Shown one piece after another: positions 55,300 to 64,000 of a stretch of DNA of 64,000 nucleotides; positions within the stretch are counted from its first letter, which is position 1, and each line of letters starts with the position of its first letter. The stretch comes from Chrysomallon squamiferum (lineage: Eukaryota > Animalia > Mollusca), in assembly GCA_012295275.1 (NCBI GenBank), contig CM022672.1:11966001-12030000 (forward strand), in the 5' to 3' direction. The notes below the pieces were generated by a model. That model searched no databases and was not told the DNA's origin. It saw nothing but the letters and a program-made list of their open reading frames with translations. The translations under genes were made by a program, and so were the position numbers.

Positions 55300-56055
55300 C
55301 TATTACAGACATTATTTAAATTGATGTTACAGTATCTTCTTTTTTCTTTTTAAATTTAAAATTTTTACTTTTTTTTTAATGTATGTGTTTGTGAATTAAT
55401 TTCCTTGCTCAATCAAAAAAAGAATAAATAAAAAATTGATTCTGAAAATGAATTTAAAAATGGATTGTTACAAATGGACCAGCAGGGAGAGAGAGAAAGA
55501 AGAAGGGAAGACATAAAGAAAAGGAAAGATGGAAGATGGCAAGCAGTCAGAGGGAGGGAAGGGATTTGGAGAGAAAAAAGAGCAAAGAATAAAAAGAAAG
55601 AAGAAGAAAAGAAAGAAGAAAATCAGAAGAAAAAAATAAATTATTATTATAATGATGCATATGCCTGAAACCACATAAACATACAAATTTATTACTTTCA
55701 TCATTACTCTGATTTAGTCTATTTGCAAAATGTAGGTGAGAAAATTATACATCTCTCTGGCCAGGAATCAAAACACTGTCAGTTACACAGACATTTCTCA
55801 TATATGTGGTGTTAGATACTGATTATATGTAACAACAAAGCATTGAAAAATCAATTACAACTTCATAAAAATACCACAACCTGATCTGAAAGCACAGCCT
55901 GTGATAGGCATCAACCTACAGTCTGAGATGTGGCTGACAGGTGACAGTTGAGGAGTGGTGTGTTGCTTCATTTCCAGCTTACGCTTCTATTTTCTGTCTA
56001 ATCTTGTAAGATGGCAGCACAATGTTGGTGAAATGGTGCCACTTTTGATTATTTT

Positions 56056-56265
56056 TTAATCTGACATGTCGTAACACAAGAGATGTATGGTACATTATCA
56101 TATATTAAACACATAAAATAGATATACAGGTTACACACATAAACTCTACCCTAAAATATTTCTTAATCTAACATGTGGTAACACAAGTAATGTATGGTAC
56201 ATTATCATATATTAAACACACAAAATACATATACAGGTTACACACATAAACTCTGCCCTGAAATA
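56056..56265. repeat. 107-bp tandem duplication
   Basis: ttaatct.acatgt.gtaacacaag..atgtatggtacattatcatatattaaacaca at 56056 and 56163. Confidence 0.93.
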
Positions 56266-57579
56266 TAAACAAATAAATACCACAAATACAAATATGCAAA
56301 GCACACATACACAAAAGCAAAACATGTAAGGCACACTCATATCCTTAAATTCAAACATATAAGCCACATATATATATATACAAATGCAAACATATAGGGC
56401 ACACATATATCCACAAATGTAAACATACAGGGCATATACACACACAAGAATACAAATAAACAGAGCACAAACACACATACAAACATCCAAACCAACATGG
56501 AACATTTAATTACAAGTATACAGCAAACACAGGAATCATAAATCAGTAAGATAAAAACAGCCTTTTAAATTCAGTATTAATTTATTAAAAAAAAAAAAAA
56601 AAGACTTGTCATCACATTTTATGTCAAAATAAATTCAACTACAATACAGAATGCAAACAACAAGTCTTTCCAAAATAATATTTAGTTAAAATGACAAAAT
56701 TTGCAACTGGTATAGAATTACTTCTGAATTTAAAAAAAAAAAAAAAAAAAAAAATTACTTCTGAAAAAAAAAAAAAAAAAAAAAAAGAAAAGACAAGAAA
56801 AATATATAACACAGGATTCTCTTTCGATTAAAATGAAATAAAATAAAGGTGTATTGTGAAAATGACAGTAAACGAGAGACGTCATGTCAGAACGTGACAC
56901 TTGATATTAGAAATACATTTGTTTTCTCGCTGAGCAGCTCCTAAAACTCAACAGAATGCTTTCTTAGGAATGTTTAATTTATCTGCTCTGCATGCAGCAT
57001 TTCAAGAGGAAAATTAAGTGTTTTGTACCAGGTCTACTAAATGGCTTCCTTGACACAATACTGCACCAAATGATGTATGTATTAAACAAACAAAAATCCG
57101 GTTTGAATAGATTTTTCAGTCTGTATACAAAATGTTAATGAATTTTTTGTTTGTTTAATTTTTTTTTTTAACAATACGGAATTGATCAATTATTCTCTAA
57201 ACCCATTATTTAACACAAAAATTAATTTTTATGTACATAAATGTTTTTGTTTATTTATTTATTTATTTTTTATTTTCTTACTCATAACATTTTTCCCCAT
57301 TCAGTTTCATTATTCCTCAAGAACAATGATATTAACTGGTCAATATTACCTATTACTTTGTTTTCAAAACTTATACTTCATGGTTCATAATTATTCATAA
57401 TCTGAGGATTTTTTTTATGTGAAATTACAAACTCTCTTGCTAACTTAACATTAAAAAAAAAAAAAAAAAATTCTTCAAACTATGATGGCTTAAAGGTATG
57501 TAATGCATTTTAAAGATGGCAATCTTGTAGAAAGATAAAAATATCAATAAATAATCTTCTGAAGAGATTAACTTCCATA

Positions 57580-57644
<65 letters not shown>

Positions 57645-57672
57645 TGTGTGTCTGTGTGCGAGTAGGTGTGTG
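57580..57672. repeat. (TG)n microsatellite
   Basis: Read directly. Confidence 0.97.
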
Positions 57673-58395
57673 TCTGAAAGCTAAAATAAAATAAAGTACA
57701 GAAAAGATTATCCTCAAGATGTCAGCTGAACAGGAGCTTGGAAGAAAAAATAAAGGTATTTGAAAGCCACAACAAAAATAGCAAAAACCATAATACTTAA
57801 GCAAACTAGCAATAACACTGGATAAAGATATTATCAGGATCTTCATCCTGACAAGGAAATGAAGAATCACCCACCAGATTGTCTACATCAGAGGTGATAC
57901 CCCACCGAGTGGGAAAATTTATTTCCAGATACTGACAGAATTGTCAGATGTATTTCCAAGTGTTTGATTTAGATTGGGAAATATGATGAAACCCCCCCCT
58001 TCCAGTGATTTAAGATGTATTTCCAGGTAAAGTATGATTTATTCTAAACATGTGTTTGTCCTTTTTGCATTTCTACCATTAAATGTCTGCTAAAATGAAT
58101 TGCTAATATCAAAGCCTATGCTTGCAAAATAATCTGCAGCATTATTCTTGTGTGTTATTTTTGTCTCGTCAAGTTAATCTCAATTACTGTTTGTACAGTA
58201 ACATTTAAAATATCACTTTGAAAAGATTTATAAACAGAAATAAGAATGTCTTTTTCCTTCTTTTAAAAAAAATTTAAAAAATAAAAAATTATTCAAGAAA
58301 CTTCATACAGGATACAGATTCAGCAACATATTGCCAGCACATTTAACTATTCCATGCATACACTCATCCACACATACACTCACATGCACAACAAA

Positions 58396-58398
<3 letters not shown>

Positions 58399-58460
<62 letters not shown>
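58399..58460. repeat. (CA)n microsatellite
   Basis: Read directly. Confidence 0.97.
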
Positions 58461-58462
<2 letters not shown>

Positions 58463-58589
58463 ATTCACATATTAGTGTATTTAATAGCAAGAGGTTTTAT
58501 ACAGCTAAGATGGAAGCTCTGAAGCATATACTCTGACACTCCATGATTTCTAAACTTTAAAAGGCTTATTTATTTGTGTGATCTCAGCA

Positions 58590-59440
58590 TTTCAATATTA
58601 GAATGAATTCCTGTTTGAGTCCATCTAAATGTAAAATACCTTACATTTTAACATTAAAAGGGATTCCTGAGTTAGTCAGACTAAATGTAATATATATCTT
58701 AAGGAGAAATTCCTGTTAGTTTCAATGTCATATATATCTTACATTTTAATATCAAAAGGAATCTGTGTAAAACTATTTAAAAATTGCACATTATAATATT
58801 AGCGGGAATTCCTGTTTGTGTCAAACTATATGTAAAATGTATCTTTAGAAGAAATTCCTGTTTGTGTCCATCTGATTATAAAATACAGCTTTAGAAGGAA
58901 TCCCTCTTTGTGTCCATCTGATTATAAAATACAGCTTTAGAAGAAATTCCTGTTTGTGTCAAACTATATGTAAAATTATCTTTAGAAGAAATTCCTGTTT
59001 TTGCAAACTGTATGTTAAATTATCTTTAGAAGGAATCCCTGTCTGTGTCAAACTATATGTAAAATTATCTTTAGAAGGAATCCCTGTTTTTGCAAACTGT
59101 ATGTTAAATTATCTTTAGAAGGAATCCCTGTCTGTGTCAAACTATATGTAAAATTATCTTTAGAAGGAATTCCTGTCTGTGTCAAACTATATGTAAAATT
59201 ATCTTTAGAAGGAACCCCTGTTTTTGCAAATTATATGTAAAATTATCTTTAGAAGGAATCCCTGTCTGTGTCAAACTATATGTAAAATTATCTTTAGAAG
59301 GAATCCCTGTCTGTGTCAAACTATATGTAAAATTATCTTTAGAAGGAATCCCTGTTTGTGTCAAACTATACGTAAAATGTATCTTTAGGAGAAATTCCTG
59401 CTGTATTTTACATTTTAACACTAAAAGATTCCTGTTGGTT
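58590..59440. repeat. 45-bp minisatellite, about 13 clear units plus decayed flanks
   Basis: Unit gaaggaatccctgtctgtgtcaaactatatgtaaaattatcttta, with a 44-bp variant (..gtttttgcaaactgtatgttaaatt..) and a gtccatctgattataaaatacagc variant. Confidence 0.96.
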
Positions 59441-62400
59441 TAAAACAAAATACTTATACTTTCTTAGAAGGCTTCCCATCTGCAACACTGGATCAACTCA
59501 CTGCAGTATTAAACTTGACACTAAAAGCATTTTGTTAAATAAGGTGTTGACATAGTGTTACATATTCTTTCCTTTTTTTTTTTTTTTTTTTGCATCTAGT
59601 TCTTTTTTTTTTAATACATTGCCAAATATTCTTAGATAATCCAGAAACAAAATCCTAATTGTTTAAATATACCAGGAAACATATGTGATTTGTTTGAAAA
59701 AAAAATAAAAATAAAGAAAAACCGCAAGATTCTCCAAATATTTTGTTGTATGCAGGTTTTCTTTTAGTTCTTGGTTTACTCATCCATCAGCCCAATCCAT
59801 CAGTTTTTGTTTTTCTCCACAGCTTTTACCATTAATTAAAATGAAAAACAATATAAAACATATGTTTGCAACCAAACACATGCACGCCATATTCCTGAAG
59901 TTAAAAGCCAGGTTGTTTTGGGTTGGTTTTTTTGTTGTTGTTGTTTTTTCTCCCCTTTCACAACATAAACTAATAATTTCAAGTACTACACGATTATAGC
60001 AGTTACAGTTTTCACCAAAAAAAAAATTGCATTCTGAATAAACTGAAGCCATTTGTGAAAACATTGTATCAACTTTAACTTAAGATATTAAGCAGCTCCA
60101 CCAAAATCTAAGAAAAATTCTAAGGCTTGGTAAGTAAATGATAAATGACAGTAAATTGTTTTAATACTTTTTTAATAGTTCTATGGTGATTTAGTTTTTG
60201 TATGATTATGTAACAAGAAAAGAAACCCACTAATGGCATTCCCTTGATTACTCTTACAAAATAATAATAAGTGGTATTTTTATGCACCTTCTCATATACG
60301 CTAAAAGCATATACGACAGTTTTTGATAAAATTATTTCATGAAGTATGCATGATTCACAGATCACTATATAGATTATTAAGAGTATTAAGTTTATAAATT
60401 GTTTTAAAAACAAAATGGAACCCAGCTAAAATGGACAAAAGAAGAACAAGGAGATTTGACCTTGAAACCAATGATACCTTATTTCAAATAGTTCACTTTT
60501 TATCGCTAACCCTGGGTACCCTCTGACACAGTGATTCTACTGTTATCAGTACAGTCCAGAATCTAGAAAGGGCAAACAGCCAAACAGAAGTTCAGTGAGA
60601 TCTGATCCTGGCTGGAACCAACCATACATTATTCCAAATAGAAAATAATTTGCATTTAAATCTTTGTTTTCATGATCAGTCGTACATACTTCACTTTTTA
60701 TCACCAGCGCCTGAGACTCTTTGAGTCAGTAATTCCATTGTGACCATCGTAGACTCAAAGCCATTTAGAAAGGAAGCAAACACAGCTAAGCCTGGAAATA
60801 CTTGCACAGTCAGGTCCAGGTTAAGACCAGGCCAGATGCCCAGTCACAGATGTAGAAGTAAGGATTAAAGAAACTCACAACACCAGGTGTAACAATATTT
60901 GTAAAAGCCTGTTATTAAATATTAACTGATCTTAACTGGAGGCCAAAAAAAAATCTCTTAATGTCCAACTATTGTCCAGTGGCCAAAGACTTGGGTCATT
61001 TCTGGGAGTTCAGGGTTATAATTTCCTGCTGCCAATCTTTATAAAATTAATTTTATGTCTCACTTTTGGTCCTTTGTTTTTACAATCTGCTAATTTTTTA
61101 GGGGTTTTTTTGTTCTTGTTTTTTTTTTTTTTTTTTTTAAGTTCTGGAAAGAAATTGTACTAGAAATTTAGTCTATGGTTTAAAATGTTTAACCAAAATT
61201 AATGCCAAAAGCCTTTTGCAACTAGTGATAAAAAAAATAAATAGATAAAAAAAATTGATGAAGTGTCATACCATCTATCACTTTCTCTCTTCCTTTCACA
61301 TTTTCTCCCAGTCTGTTCTTCACTCGTTTGCTCTTTCAGTTATCAATGGGCAGGAAACAATAAAGAAAGCGCTCACATCTTTAAAATAAAATTTTTAAAA
61401 AAATTGAGTTTATTTTCAAGTTAAATGTTGTTTATTTTTAGCACTAATCCACTTAAAACTTCCACAGATTTCAAAGTTACTTAAAACAGATATATAGAAT
61501 CTTATTTTAAATCCATTGGCATTTGAGAGGACAGAGAAAAAAAAAAAAATAAGAAAAGAATTCAGGATATTTTTAATTTTTTTCATACAATCTTTCTTTA
61601 TTTTTTTTCACGACAGTATTATTATGCACAGCTGTTTTCAAGATGGATTCCAGTCTGCGATAACCATTTCAATTCCATTTAAATCCTTTAGTGGGAAGCA
61701 CAACTGGCAAATTACAACAATGACAGGAATAAATTAATTCCCTTTGACAAGCAGAGAAAGGCTAAATAATGAAAACACATTTTGAAAGCAAATAAATATG
61801 TCACTGATCTGTCGGTACATTTCTCAGCCTGAAGTTTCATATTAAAAAAAAATATGTAGATTAAAAACGTGATATGTGGAGTCAACGAAATGTTAAACTG
61901 CTGAAGGAAAGGAACAAACAAGTCATGACAATTGTTGTAACCGGTACCTGCTCCTCCTGTGTGACTCAAATCTCGAGGGATAGGGTAATTCTAACCACTT
62001 CTGATGCATAAAACAGGGTTGAAATAAGCACAAGTTCATTTTCAATCTTTTAAGTATGATTTTAATGCATTTTCAAGTTTGTGTCTCACTTACAGGACAG
62101 TTCTCCAATATCCCATTCAAGAGATTTAGTGGCTAGACATGCACTTTGTCTTTGTAAATTTAAAACATTTTTGAAATGGAAAGTTGATAAAATGATCTTC
62201 TGTATAAAGGCTGAATTGATGCTTAATGTAGTAAACAATTTTAACCTGATTAAAAATAATAAAGTGTGTGCTGATTTTGTTCATATATTTGTATGCTTGT
62301 ATATTTGTGTGTGTGTGTGTGTTTGCACACAGGTATGTGCATTTTGTAAGTGTACATATATATATATATATATGTGAATGTAAATGTGTGTATGTATGTA

Positions 62401-63284
62401 TGTATGTGTTTCTGAAAAACAGAAAAATACACCACAATTGAAACCAACAATTTTTAGCTGAACATGATAACAATAATCACTGTTTTCACAACTACAACAA
62501 CAACACAACAGAAAGTTCAGTGAATAACTCAAGAACCAAGATGGGTGAAAAATCAGGATAAAAAACTAAAGATGCACAGACTACAGTTTCAGATTTCCCA
62601 CAATTCCATTTAATACCAATTAACTGCAAAGTAACTTTAAAGATTAATTATGTCTGTTATGATTTATTTATTTAAAGTGCTACATTTAATGTAATTTCAA
62701 TTATTATTTTTTTTTTATCTCTTAATCTTATTGTTCTTTTCTTAATTTATTATTTCATTTTCTTCTTTCCACTTAATTTTTAATATCATAAATATCATAA
62801 ATATATTAATATCATAAATTAAATATTAAAAATTAAATATTCAAGTAGAAAACTAAGTTTTAAAAAACAAAAGGTATAATAATAATAATAATATCATTAA
62901 TAATAATAATAATAATACAGAACAGGTTATTATAACTATGCATCTAACATCACACAGATCAAATCATAATAATAATTTTTTTTTTAAATTAAAAATAATA
63001 ATAACAATAATAAATAATGACATTTTTTTTTAAAAAGATCAAGCCAGCAGTTTTTCTTAATGAAATAAATAATATTTAAGAAAACAGATAATTTCCATAA
63101 GTGACATGTCCTGTCACATTTTCTTTGACGGACAGTCGCACACTGGTGATTGCGAAATAGTGGCACGGATCTTATTGTTCTGTGGATGAAAGCAGTGACA
63201 GAATTACGACTCTCTGAATTTAGATATTATCCTCACAAGATATCCTCAGTGCCCAAAGATTTTTTAATTTTTAATTTTTTTTAG

Positions 63285-63422
63285 CTCGGCTGCAGACGAA
63301 AAATGCAATTTTAAACTCTCCTTCATGCATAAAAAATCTGTTCTGTCCCACCAGCAAATATTTGCTGCACTTTATTGATGAGAATGAATGTGAATTCTGC
63401 AACCTTTGTTTCAGAGAAAACG
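63285..63422 (+). other. Weak candidate symmetric phase-1 exon (138 nt) in a CpG-retaining island
   Basis: tttttttttAG acceptor (63283-63284), open frame RLQTKNAILNSPSCIKNLFCPTSKYLLHFIDENECEFCNLCFREN, donor g|GTAAAA at 63423. Confidence 0.18.
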
Positions 63423-64000
63423 GTAAAAACTTCAAAATCTCGGGCTGGTGCTTAAGACTTTGATCAATAAGATGAAAACGTAATTTCTCAATAAAACTTC
63501 GGTGAATCATATTCTTGAACCCGGCGAATGCCAGTAATTCTGAATTTTCAGCACTTAGATGAAAATTTATTTATTTATTTTCTGAGATCTCATCCAACTG
63601 GAATTGCTAAATTGTACTGGATCAAATTTCTGAGATAAGATGGAATATGTATATTTTTTTTAAAACCCGAAACTAGTTTTGAAAAGTGAAAATAAACAAA
63701 TGATTTCTATTCCAAACCACATATTTAAAGCCTAGATTATTAACTAATTTATTTTTTATTTATTCTATTTCATTTTTTATAAATGTAAACTGAACTAACT
63801 ACAAAAACTATATATTATATAATGAAAATAATTAAATACAATAATTGTTAAAGAAAAAAGTTTGTAACTATAAATATTCAAATAATACAATTTCAAAAAA
63901 AAAAAAAAAAAACTATTTTTTAAAATGCTAACTCATACTTATAAAATCCTTATTCCTTGAAAATGTAAGAAATATATTTGCAATCTATATTAATTGGTCC

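Larger units (their letters stand above)
1..64000. other. Non-coding metazoan DNA, probably a large intron or gene desert
   Basis: No ORF with a recognisable domain; dense microsatellites and homopolymers; CpG rare outside a few patches; only isolated exon-like segments. Confidence 0.75.

Noticed and set aside
58800-59400. Regular array resembling CRISPR, or a repeat protein (ORF 59182-59421)
   Set aside because: No unique spacers or cas genes, eukaryotic context, and 44-bp units shift the frame.
63378-63410. DENEC resembling a calcium-binding EGF start
   Set aside because: The following cysteine spacing does not fit EGF.

Overview
This is AT-rich (roughly 70% by eye), CpG-depleted animal DNA with no recognisable protein domain, RNA gene, CRISPR array or autonomous transposon. 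Nearly all listed ORFs are microsatellite or low-complexity artefacts. It reads like a very large intron or regulatory desert. Three decayed copies of a repeat resembling a gastropod SINE hint at a mollusc (from memory, unverified). The main structure is about 40 short (200-450 bp), higher-complexity, GC-richer islands spaced every 1-2 kb and separated by poly(A/T), (TAA)n, (CA)n and (CT)n tracts. Many islands share paired TGACA half-sites, CTAATTAG and CAGGTG/CAGCTG. A few carry textbook composite sites: a Pbx-Meis decamer beside a perfect DR1, and twin RFX X-boxes around an AP-1 site. The best coding candidates are minus-strand exon-like segments near the left end (2331-2417 and 1151-1232, frame-compatible), with weaker ATG-to-phase-0-donor mini-exons upstream. 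Two minisatellites are present: a 147-bp higher-order dimer array and a 45-bp array. All counts are by hand and no functional claim is tested.
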